Shown here: positions 23,101-32,568 of the stretch, in pieces
Layout of the letters: each line of letters opens with the position of its first letter
Numbering within the stretch: the first letter of the stretch is position 1
Assembly (NCBI RefSeq): GCF_028641065.1
Contig: NC_073415.1
Location: forward strand, 5,146,001-5,210,000
Length of the DNA stretch: 64,000 bases
From: Leucoraja erinacea
Lineage: Eukaryota
Direction: 5' to 3'
Position numbers and translations under genes: made by a program
The notes under the pieces: model-generated
Seen by the model: the letters and a program-made list of their open reading frames with translations, nothing else
Databases searched by the model: none
What the model was told of the DNA's origin: nothing

Positions 23101-26100
23101 TTTTGTAGTAGCATCAGTATATTGAGATTGTTTTAAGATTTTGGTTGTCTTTCCTTCCAGGAATATATTCTGAACAAGAATAAGAAGACTCTGAAGTTCC
23201 GTGATGCAATGGAAGATAAAAACGCAATTAAAAAGCGGATCCAGGAACAAAACCTATTGCATGGTGAGTATTGCCAAGAGGGGTAATGGGTATGAGAAAC
23301 TCAAAAAGATTGCATCTCAGACTACACTATATCTGTATTGGAATAAAAGTACAGAAGTGCTGTAAACATTGATGAAAGCAGTTCACGGAGCGTTCCTGGC
23401 AAAATAAACAGTTAATATTTCAGATTGAAGATCTATTAGTTCAGTTCTGAGGACTTAAAACATTAAACCCGTTTTATTTACAGATCTAATTTCATTAATA
23501 ATCATAATTTTTTATTGTTTCTTCAATTTTCATTCCCTTTTCCAAATCTCACCATAACTATCTATTGTCCAAGGGTAGTTTAACATTTCATCCAAAAGAA
23601 ATAAACTTGACAAATATTGCCTCTGCAAACTGGATGCATCCCAACAATGATGACTCAAATGATATTTCAATCGGATAAATTATATTTCCAAGAATTCAAG
23701 TACACTCTGCTTACAATTCCATCTTGATTGTCCCAGTCCAACTTCTATCTGCTCATAAATAACTTCCCATTTATGTTTTCCTTTGTGGTTGCAACTGATA
23801 TAAAGATCTTTTTTTCCTCAATTCTGTCTTCTAAAATAAGCAACATAAACATAGTTCTTTTGGTGTTACTCTTGCTGTAGAGTTCTTGGACATCTGCATT
23901 AGAATGCTGTGAAATGGAAAGGTTACTCATTGCTTTAATAATAACATATTATCACACTCATTTCTATTAATCCTGCAGAATTTGTATTTCATTGTAAACC
24001 AAAGCGAAAAAGCATCTTTGCTAATCTACACCCTGCAGAGTTGCCATTTTCATGCTTGTATCAAGTGTTTAACAGACCCGTAAACACAATATACATGAGA
24101 TATAATAATCAAGAGTCAGTAAATTAACAACATTAATACTAGCTAAACACAGTGGTGCAAAATTATAATATATCCAAATATTGCCCTCTATTTGCTAGCT
24201 ATCTAACTGTTCTGGTAGACGTTGTCAGATGTGTTGTTAATGAGTTTGTGACCTTTCCTCAAAACATGAATTACAAATACAGCTCCCCTTCACAAACCAG
24301 TGGGTTTTTTTTTATGTTGCAGGTATTAGTATTGACAATTTCATGAAGAAGGTGGAAGCTGTTCACTGTACGGCTTGTGAAATGTTTATTCCGATGCAAT
24401 ACAATGCCATCCAGCGACACATGAAGGCCCCTGATCACAACAGAAATAGAAAAGTAAGTTTTCACGCTTTACTAACATCAAGCAGCAAAAATGGAAACAC
24501 AAGAAACTGTAGATGATGGAATCTTGAGAAAAACAAAGTGCTTCAGTAACTCTGGTCAGGCAGCATATGTGGAGGAAATGGTGATGTTTCAGGTTGGGAC
24601 ACTTCTTCAGATTGCAGAAGGGAAATGCAGGCTGTAGGTTTTTGCAGATTCAAAATCTGTAAAATTTACGGCGGTTCATCAATAATAGAAGAGTGAGGAC
24701 TTAAGAATGAGGACATCTCCGATGCCCTGCCCTGGAACACCTCATCCTGGGTGCAGATGTGGCGTAGAGTCCTTACAGGAAGCAGGGTGGGAAGAAGTGT
24801 AGTCCAGATAGCTGTGGGAGTCAGTGGGTTTGTAATAGATGTCGGTCAGTAGTCAGTTAGTGGTAAGGAATGACGTGATTTGAATAGTATGATGAACATT
24901 TTGTTCCATGGACATTTGGATGAAGTACAGACATGAATCAGTTAGTGTGTGAGGGCAGTAACACTGCTGCTAAGATTGTTTGACAGGTCGGTGAATAGTT
25001 ATAATTTGTATTAATATAATGTGCTGGTTCTGTGCAACAAGTAAACAAAAACAGGTCATCTGAAACAATCTGACAACTAAATCCTGACGAGAGTGTCTAA
25101 TTTCTTGTAAAATAACATTATTTTTTCTTTTTCAGTTGATGCTCGAGCAGTCAAAGAGGGGTGGCCTTCAAGTAGCAAAGAGTATTCTGAATAATCGAAA
25201 TATTGGGAGCATGTTGGAGAAATATTTACAGGTAATCCTCCTAAACATGCGATTGCATATGTGGCCAAATAATTAAAAAGAGTTTGGTTAGCTTGTATTA
25301 AACAGGCTGGTTACCTTGTAGGATTGTAGGAACAACGAATATTGTATGGTTCTGGAACAGCCTGCATTTGGGGCAATTCCATGCTATAACTGTCCCAAAT
25401 CTGGGATGGCTCTTCTTACTGGCTTTGTCAAACAATTTTTCTGTGAAATGATGTTTTTCTGTGAAAGTGCTTTGTGAGTGCATTTGCCCTGTTACCTTTT
25501 AAAAACAAATCTTCCAGAATAGGTGACATTGACCTGTGTGATTCATTCAGGATGCACACAGAACATTATGGAAATGGTTTGTCCTGGTTAATTTGTTGTT
25601 TTTATAAAAGGATATTCAGAATTAAGATTATCTGGACACTTGCATGAACATAGGGATTTTTTCCTACATGGCAAAAAGGAATTGGTAGTTCCCTGTGTTT
25701 AGTGGCGTGGTGAGACTCCTCAAAACTGCTGTGTTTCGATCTTTGGTTTGAAGATGTTGATGGGGGCGTCATGAATACAATCTGCTTCAGGAAAAACTTG
25801 CCTGGCAATGCTTACTATTCTTACATTGCCTTTAAAGGTGAGCAGAAGTTGTATTGTGCAATCAAAACTTTCTATAGGCAGGAGAAAGGGGGTGATAATT
25901 TTGGACGTAATCGCTGTTATTAATTGTAATTGTGTGGCAGCGCGGTAATGGGATCATTCACGTAAAATAAAAGTGGTGACTCATTTTATGTAGCAGGTCA
26001 AGCTACACATTCAAGAAAGGCCTCAAGATTTACTTGCAACATGAAATTTCAAAAGTACTTGTATGGATATGTGTGAGAACAGGACTGGGTTTATCATGAC

Positions 26101-27018
26101 TTCCCACACATGCATTTGCAACCTAAGCACAAAGTGGAAGCAATTCAGTCCTTTGGTTCTGAAATGGTTTTGAAAGAGGCATTCAATTAATAGCACGCCA
26201 CTCGTTCACTGTAATCCTATTTATTTGCATTTCACATGCTTATCGAATCTTCTGGACAGTGTCTCCCAGATCACAATAACTTGCTGTGGGTAAAATGCAA
26301 AGCCTCCTCTTCACCTCTCGTTCTTTTATCAGGAACTTTAAATCTGTGTCATTTGTTTGGCATAAAAGCTAATTTTGGTGTACTTTGACAAAAGTCTTCA
26401 GCGTTTTGTAAACATATTAATTAGTTCTTAAACAGCTTCTGCTGAAATCCTGCAATAGAGTGTCGCCAAACCATCCCTTAGAAGATTGCAATTCCCCACT
26501 GGGCGAATGGTGCTAATTTTGTTTGGAAGCCTTGATATAACTTCTAGTAAATTCATGTAAAGATTTTAACAATTTTAAACATTTGTATTTCACAGGGTGA
26601 CAATCCATTTACTGAAGAAGATGCTAAAGATGATGATGCTGTTGATGACTCTATGAAGGGAGAGGGACATAATGAGAGTGTTACAGGTGAAAATGCTGGA
26701 GACAAAGGTGAAACTCCAGAAGGGGAGGGGGCAGAAGAGCCAGGGACAGAGCCAAAAGGAAATGAAGGGGGCGATGAAATTGTTAGTGCACCCAAGACTG
26801 CTGTAGAGCCACCTGAGAGAGGGGTTGATATCACTAATGAAGAACCTGACTCCAATATGACAGCAGATCGGGATGGTGAAGAATCCCTTCCAGTAGGTAA
26901 AGACACCAAAGCATCTCTCTTAGCTGAAGATGAAGACAATATCTCAGAAGTTGGTGCAGAAGGAAATCCCGATGAGTGTTCTCCAGGTGAAAATGATGCA
27001 GAAGAAGAGACAGAATAA
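7688..27018 (+). CDS. AKAP8: A-kinase anchor protein 8 (AKAP95)-like gene, 13 coding exons, 654 aa
   Basis: join(7688-7706,14053-14091,14828-15008,17150-17618,18442-18562,19147-19208,20313-20397,20480-20573,22450-22591,23161-23263,24323-24453,25136-25231,26596-27018) = 1965 nt, all GT-AG and in frame. YG-rich N-terminus, [31 protein letters not shown] and two AKAP95-type zinc fingers. Confidence 0.85.
8217..8521 (+). mobile_element. Young CR1 3' fragment in AKAP8 intron 1
   Basis: Near identical to the 3' half of 6622-7249; TTCTATG tail. Confidence 0.9.
8840..9020 (-). mobile_element. tRNA-derived V-SINE (HE1-like) fragment
   Basis: Reverse complement of the V-domain (gcgtggattttctctgggtgctccagtttcc) and a tRNA-like head. 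Confidence 0.6.
9646..10512. mobile_element. Foldback-type MITE with long imperfect inverted repeats, TATA/TA flanks
   Basis: tata|GGGGGGTTGCACG ... CGTGAAACCTCCC|tata; internal arms about 9970-10075 and 10130-10225 are reverse complements. Confidence 0.75.
11740..12200 (+). mobile_element. Decayed RTE-clade LINE reverse-transcriptase remnant
   Basis: [28 protein letters not shown] and LQCADK (degenerate YADD) in order. Confidence 0.6.
13618..13895 (-). mobile_element. V-SINE (HE1-like), near full length
   Basis: On the minus strand: CACGGTGGCGCAACGG A-box head, GGTTCAATC B box, V-domain, CR1-like tail with (CTAAA)n. Confidence 0.8.
14053..14091 (+). CDS. AKAP8: AKAP8-like coding exon 2 (39-bp micro-exon)
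   Basis: ttttgtag|GC..G|gtaaaa; [13 protein letters not shown] resembles GYGAWSAG. Confidence 0.75.
14828..15008 (+). CDS. AKAP8: AKAP8-like coding exon 3
   Basis: [29 protein letters not shown]; strong acceptor, AG|gtatca donor. Confidence 0.9.
17150..17618 (+). CDS. AKAP8: AKAP8-like coding exon 4
   Basis: [22 protein letters not shown]; ttcag| acceptor and |gtaagt donor. Confidence 0.9.
18442..18562 (+). CDS. AKAP8: AKAP8-like coding exon 5 (NLS region)
   Basis: [40 protein letters not shown]; phases match neighbouring exons. Confidence 0.85.
19147..19208 (+). CDS. AKAP8: AKAP8-like coding exon 6 (acidic)
   Basis: tatag|AA..GCT|gtgagt, 62 bp, bridges phase 1 to phase 0. Confidence 0.75.
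20313..20397 (+). CDS. AKAP8: AKAP8-like coding exon 7
   Basis: tttag|GGG..T|gtaaga; [28 protein letters not shown]. Confidence 0.8.
20480..20573 (+). CDS. AKAP8: AKAP8-like coding exon 8
   Basis: Follows an 82-bp intron; ..[15 protein letters not shown]; AG|gtaatt donor. Confidence 0.85.
21334..21438. repeat. Palindrome: perfect 62-bp core (21354-21415) within a 105-bp inverted repeat
   Basis: AATGTTTAAACCCAAAATGATCTGAACAATG|CATTGTTCAGATCATTTTGGGTTTAAACATT. Confidence 0.95.
21536..21770. mobile_element. PIF/Harbinger-type MITE, 235 bp
   Basis: Perfect 17-bp TIRs AGGGCCTGTCCCACTTG and a TAA target-site duplication on both sides; CpG-rich interior. Confidence 0.88.
22450..22591 (+). CDS. 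AKAP8: AKAP8-like coding exon 9 (zinc finger 1)
   Basis: [47 protein letters not shown], 142 bp. Confidence 0.92.
23161..23263 (+). CDS. AKAP8: AKAP8-like coding exon 10
   Basis: ttccag|GAA..G|gtgagt; [20 protein letters not shown]. Confidence 0.9.
24323..24453 (+). CDS. AKAP8: AKAP8-like coding exon 11 (zinc finger 2)
   Basis: [38 protein letters not shown], 131 bp. Confidence 0.92.
25136..25231 (+). CDS. AKAP8: AKAP8-like coding exon 12
   Basis: [32 protein letters not shown], 96 bp. Confidence 0.9.
25331..25874 (+). repeat. Direct copy of AKAP8 3'UTR segment 27114-27659 inside the last intron
   Basis: 544 vs 546 bp, colinear, with only scattered substitutions and a 2-bp indel. Confidence 0.95.
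26596..27018 (+). CDS. AKAP8: AKAP8-like last coding exon (GDNPFT plus acidic tail)
   Basis: cacag|GGT, open to TAA at 27016-27018. Confidence 0.9.
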   Translation, partial: GDNPFTEEDAKDDDAVDDSMKGEGHNESVTGENAGDKGETPEGEGAEEPGTEPKGNEGGDEIVSAPKTAVEPPERGVDITNEEPDSNMTADRDGEESLPVGKDTKASLLAEDEDNISEVGAEGNPDECSPGENDAEEETE

Positions 27019-27672
27019 TTCTCATATGAATAAACATCACTCCTTATTTCCCCTCTCTCATCATTAAATTCTCTAACTACATTGGATCTGAATCAATGAA
27101 ATGTATTTTAGTTAACAACGAATACTGTATGGTTCTGGAACATCCTGCATTTGGGGCAATTCCATGCTATGACTGTCCCAAATCTGGGATGGCTCTTCTT
27201 CCTGGCTTTGTCAAACTATTTTTACGTGAAATGCTGTTTTTCTGTGAAAGTGCTTTGTGAGTGCATTTGCCCTGTTACCTTTTAAAAACAAATCTTCCAG
27301 AATAGGTGACATTGACCTGTGTGATTCATTCAGGATGCGCACAGAACATTATGGAAATGGTTTGTCCTGGTTAATTTGTTGTTTTTATAAAAGGATATTC
27401 AGAATTAAGATTATCTGGACACTTGCATGAACATAGGGATTTTTTCCTACATGGCAAAAAAGAATTGGTAGTTCCCTGTGTTTAGTGGCGTGGTGAGACT
27501 CCTCAAAACTCTGCTGTGTTTCGATCTTTGGTTTGAAGATGTTGATGGGGGTGTCATGAATACAATCTGCTTCAGGAAAAACTTGCCTGGCAATGCTCAC
27601 CATTCTTACATTGCCTTTAAAGACGAGCAGAAGTTGTATTGTGCAATCAAAACTTTCTACACCAAATGTTTA

Positions 27673-27678
27673 AATAAA
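27673..27678 (+). terminator. Probable polyadenylation signal of the AKAP8-like gene (alternatives at 27029 and 27848)
   Basis: AATAAA followed by GU-rich sequence; the intronic UTR copy stops just short of it. Confidence 0.5.
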
Positions 27679-30255
27679 ACACAACTTATTGGAGATGTGA
27701 CCGAACATGTGTTTTCAGTTGGTATTTTTGACTAAAAGTTGAGTTTTGCTTTGGAGTTTAGCAATACCATCTGGGTACTGATGGAGTGTAATGCTTGTTT
27801 TACTACTGGAAAGAGGTGTGGTTGCTTGAATGGAGATAATTGTATACAATAAAATATTAAACCCTTTTTATAAATGTTAATGTTTTGATGGAATCACTAT
27901 TCTTTTCCTACTTTAGAAAAGTATCATGTTTTTTTTCCCCAATAATTGCTACAGAACATAGAACAGTACAGCACAAGAACCAGCCCTTCGGCCCACAATG
28001 TCTGCGCCAATCATAATGCGACCATCTCGTTTCTACATGCACACAATCCATATCCCTTCATTCCTTGCATATCCATGTGCCTATCCAAAACTCTTAAATG
28101 CTATTGCATCTGCCTCAACCACTGATTACCACTGCGCGTTCCATGCACACACCACCCTCAGTGTAAAACAAAATACTTGGCTTGCACATCTTTAAGCTTT
28201 GCCCCTCTCTCATCTTAAAGCTGTACCCTCCAATATCTGATTTGTTCTATTCTGGGTAAAAGGTTCTGACTGTCAACCCTATCTATACCTCTAATAATTT
28301 TATATACATCTATCAGGTCTTCCCGTAAACCACCGGTGTTGGCAGCAGACTCAGAATTGGCAACATTTTGGGTCAAGACTCTTCCTCAGTCTGAAGAAGG
28401 GTCTCGACCCGAAGCATCGCCAATTCCTTCTCTCCATAGATGCTGTCTCACCCGCTGAGTTTCTCCAGCATTTTGTGTCTACCTTTGATTTTTCCTGCAT
28501 CTGCAGTTCTTTCTTAAGCATATCTAGATAACTTGGATAGGCAATGTTTCAGATCGGGCCTCTTCTGAAAAAAGTTCCTGAACCAAAATGTTGCTTATCA
28601 ATATTCTTCTGACATGCTGCATGACCCATTGAGTGTTATTTGTTCCAGATTCCAGCATCTGCAATCCCCTATGTTCTTGCATTTTTCAATGAGTAAAATG
28701 AAATGGGGCTATATTTACCCTTTCCAGGTATAATGATGCACTGACTCAGACTGCAATCTCAAAATCAGTTAATTATTTAATGCTAATAAATCAGTCAAGT
28801 TTAAACGTAAACTAAAAGGAATTGGAAAAACACTTTGTGTTTTATGGATATCATGCAGTTTTCAAAAATCAGAAATAACTATTCAGCTCTCGGAAAGATA
28901 GAAATGTGCTAAGAATTCAAACTACAATTTTCAGTAAAATTACTTACAATTGAGAATTACATTCTGTTACCAATCTAGGGTGCTTAAATTGGATTATATA
29001 AGCAGCAAGCAGTTTTTCATCTTTTAAAAAATAAATTACATAAAATGTAAATAGAGAACTGAGGGGAAAAAAGGATTTAATCAAGTTGCTGGTTTATTTA
29101 GTCTCTATCAGAGGTAATATAAAAGTTAAGACTATTCTGTTGTGTATCAAATATTGCATAAGCCATCCATTGCATCCAGAGGACTTTAGGGCCTTCAGTG
29201 AACATCAATAGATTTTTCTGAAAATATCTCCAGTCTGGAGTTTAATTTAAGCCAAACTGATGAGAAGAAAGACGCAAAGTGCTTGAAAGCACAGTGGGTT
29301 AGGCAAGATCTCTGGAGAACATGCATAGGTGGTGTTTCAGGTCAGGCCTTTCTTCAGTCCTGACCCAAAACATCACATATCAGTGTTCTCCAGAGATGCT
29401 CCCTGACCCACTGAGGTACTCCAGCACTTTTTGTCTTTTTTAGTATTAAACCCACGTCTGCACAAGTGTCTCGACCTGAAACGTCACACATTCCTTCTCT
29501 CCAGAGATGCTGCATGTCCCACTGAGTCACTCCAGCATTTTGTGTCTATTGTCTGTACTTCCTGCTATATCCTTATGAGATGAAAGCTTTTTCTCACTCT
29601 ACAGATCCTTGTGTGCAGGTGTTGACGAAAGTGCTGTCAGAATATTCCGTCATTAAAATCCAGTGACTACAAGTGAACAGCAAAATCTCGCCAGGTCAGG
29701 TGTGACTTGGAGAGGAACCTGCAGGTGGTGGTGTTGTCAAGTGCTTGCTGCTGCTCCTGAGAGTTTGGGAGATGCTTTCAGAGGCCAACGCAGTGTGGTG
29801 GCAATGGAGAGAATGAGTGTTTATGATGGTAGATGAAGTCATAATCAATTGTTGGCACAAATGCATTGTCCGATAGAGGAAGGGTTAAAAGTCAGGCTAT
29901 TGTGTGTAATGTTCAGAACCCAGAGTTGGGAACAAGAGAAAAGATTTTCAGAAAGTTCAAACACTTTCTTGCAGCTCTTTAACTTGTCTATATCATAAGG
30001 GATATTTGAATCAACTCACAGTTAACAATTTATTTCTTATAGTTTTATAGCATGTCTTGTGCTGTTGGCTGTGTGCAAAGTTAAGTGCAAGAACCCAAAT
30101 ATCTGCCCCCCCCTTTGTTTTACTCGCCTTATCCCCTTCTCTACTTCCCTCTCCTTCCCAAGTGGAACTACAATGAGATTTTTGTAAAATGTCACTACCC
30201 TAATTCGTAGAGAAGAAGATTTAGATGCTGGTTATTCAATACTCACGTTTCAGAT

Positions 30256-32568
30256 TCATGACATATTTTCTATCTGCTCCCTGACTTCTAGAGGCAATGT
30301 TTTAAAAATGTCATCCTCGACACAGAGTTGGTTTCTCCGGAGACAAACACACTGTCCCAGTTCAATTGGAAGCTTATCCAATTTGTTGGCTTTAAGATCG
30401 AGGAGTTGCAGTTGACGCAGACGTCCAATATAGGGAGAGAGAAAAGTCAGGTTATTGTGCGAAATGTTCAGAACCCGGAGTTTGGTGCAGGAGAAAAGAT
30501 TTTCAGGAAGTTCTGTCACTTTATTGCATTCAATAGCAAAATGTTGCAACTCCACTAGCTGGTCAATATCAGGAGGAATCTTTGAAATGTGATTATGGGA
30601 AACATCTAGAAAGAGTAGTTTTGTTAGTTTAAATAGACTCAGGGGCAGGAATTCAATCTTGTTCTTATTGAGGTACAGCATTTCCAGTTTTGGAATTTTA
30701 GCAATGTGAACAGGAATGGAAGTGATATTGTTATGCCACAGCCTTAGGCAGATGAGCTTCCGGAGGTTTTGGCAACTGGCGAGCTCTTCTGTTGAGCTCA
30801 GGTTGTTATCTTTAAGGTCCAGTTCCTGTAGGTTGGTCAGACTGAAGATGGCACTGGGAATTCTTTCCAAGTTGCAGTGGAGCAACCTCAGCAGAGTCAG
30901 GCCAAAGAGCTTCTTAATGTTTGTAAGTGATGTTATTTTGACCCCTTCGTTGTGAATTACCAAGCACAATAGGTGATTTGCCATGTCTAAAATTGCATTG
31001 GGAAGTTTGGTTATATTGGTCTTCAGATGCAAGGTATCTATTTTCGGCAGCTCACAAAACATCTGCAGGGCAGTGGAGATTTTACTGTCTGTTTGCAGTT
31101 GCCCTTCGATGTAGAGTTCGTGCAAATTTTTCAAGGTGAATATCCATGGTGGTATTTCATCAGCGATACCAAATCGCACACGCAGAGTTATCAAGTTCTC
31201 CTTTAGGAATAATAGAGCCTGCCTTTCCACCTTAACCGAGCAGTTGTACAACCACATTTCTTTCATCATTTTCAGATTGGAAATAGCAGCAGAAATGGCG
31301 ACACCTTTGATGAGCTCCAGCTTTAACACTTCAATCTCTGTCAGGTCGTACACCTGGATGGGGATCCCAGGCATCATGAAGAGATGCATTTCAACCTTGT
31401 TCTCCATGTTTGTGATGAGACGCTGCTTTAGTCGTTCCTGAGTCCACTCGTGGTTCAGATTGAGCTGGAGAAGTTTATTTTCACTCACATCCGACAGAAA
31501 CACTGCAAATTTCCTGGCGTAGAGTTTGTCATACTGGTCAATGAGATGAAGCAAGAATGCAAAGTCATTTCTCACATCTGGGATATCATCCATCCCAGTT
31601 TCAACTCTCACGTTTTCAAATGAATACTCTTTCAATTTATAATACAGTATCCAGTGCAGTGTGTAGAGACACGTGCAACTATACAAGGCTATAGCAGTTA
31701 TGTACAACAAGGATAACATTTGGAACATTCTCCATAAGCCGTGAATGCAGAAGAAGTCAGTGAATCCCGTGATGTGCAGTGCATCGACACAGTGAATGTT
31801 GTTACGCATCTGAGGAATGAAAATGCTGATGTAGACAAGAATGACCACACTTTGCACAGTGCGGACAATGGTCTGATTCAAGTACATTGTATAGAGAATG
31901 TCTCCCTCTTCGGTATGCAGGCGAAACTTCTTCACTTTTTCAAAGAGGGATTTGGCCTGCTCACCTTCCTTTTTATCCAAAATTTTCATGGAGGAGTTGT
32001 CTACCATAATGCCACCAGCAGACTTCAGAACTTCTGAGGAGCTTTTGGACAGAAGAGAAACCTTATCCCCTTTAAGAACATCGTTACTGAATGCAATCTC
32101 TTGTGATAATGATTCGGAAAAGTCAACTTTCAGTGGACTGTCCATAGAGGATAAGGATTGATCTGTACTGGATTCAGAAACTACAGGCATTCTCGGGGTA
32201 GACTCCTCATAGACAGTTTCTGACAGTGCTTTGGTGGTCCATGGCGAGTCAAGGCATTTCCCAAGGACAGTAATAAAATGCTCTATCTTAGAACTTGTAC
32301 CAGGAAATTTGAACCAGAAGTTGCTGCTGATGAGGAATATTAAAGAATGTAGAAGCACCAGATAAGGGAAATACTTGGAAAACCATATCACTGCGTTATC
32401 ATAGCACCACTGGTTAATCAGATAGTACTGCTGAACATCTAGGCCAGTCTGGAATCCGGAAGCAAACACATTAAGCTTAAGCCCTTCCAAAATTGAGTTG
32501 TTCCATTGTCGTTCCTGAATAGAGAGGCCCTCTGGCACTGGGATACACAGAATCTGCCCATTTGATAC
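30256..32568 (-). CDS. LRRC8-like large second coding exon (TM2-4, intracellular loops, LRRs)
   Basis: ttttcag|GTA; 770 uninterrupted codons to TGA. Confidence 0.95.
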   Translation of the reverse strand, partial: VSNGQILCIPVPEGLSIQERQWNNSILEGLKLNVFASGFQTGLDVQQYYLINQWCYDNAVIWFSKYFPYLVLLHSLIFLISSNFWFKFPGTSSKIEHFITVLGKCLDSPWTTKALSETVYEESTPRMPVVSESSTDQSLSSMDSPLKVDFSESLSQEIAFSNDVLKGDKVSLLSKSSSEVLKSAGGIMVDNSSMKILDKKEGEQAKSLFEKVKKFRLHTEEGDILYTMYLNQTIVRTVQSVVILVYISIFIPQMRNNIHCVDALHITGFTDFFCIHGLWRMFQMLSLLYITAIALYSCTCLYTLHWILYYKLKEYSFENVRVETGMDDIPDVRNDFAFLLHLIDQYDKLYARKFAVFLSDVSENKLLQLNLNHEWTQERLKQRLITNMENKVEMHLFMMPGIPIQVYDLTEIEVLKLELIKGVAISAAISNLKMMKEMWLYNCSVKVERQALLFLKENLITLRVRFGIADEIPPWIFTLKNLHELYIEGQLQTDSKISTALQMFCELPKIDTLHLKTNITKLPNAILDMANHLLCLVIHNEGVKITSLTNIKKLFGLTLLRLLHCNLERIPSAIFSLTNLQELDLKDNNLSSTEELASCQNLRKLICLRLWHNNITSIPVHIAKIPKLEMLYLNKNKIEFLPLSLFKLTKLLFLDVSHNHISKIPPDIDQLVELQHFAIECNKVTELPENLFSCTKLRVLNISHNNLTFLSPYIGRLRQLQLLDLKANKLDKLPIELGQCVCLRRNQLCVEDDIFKTLPLEVREQIENMS

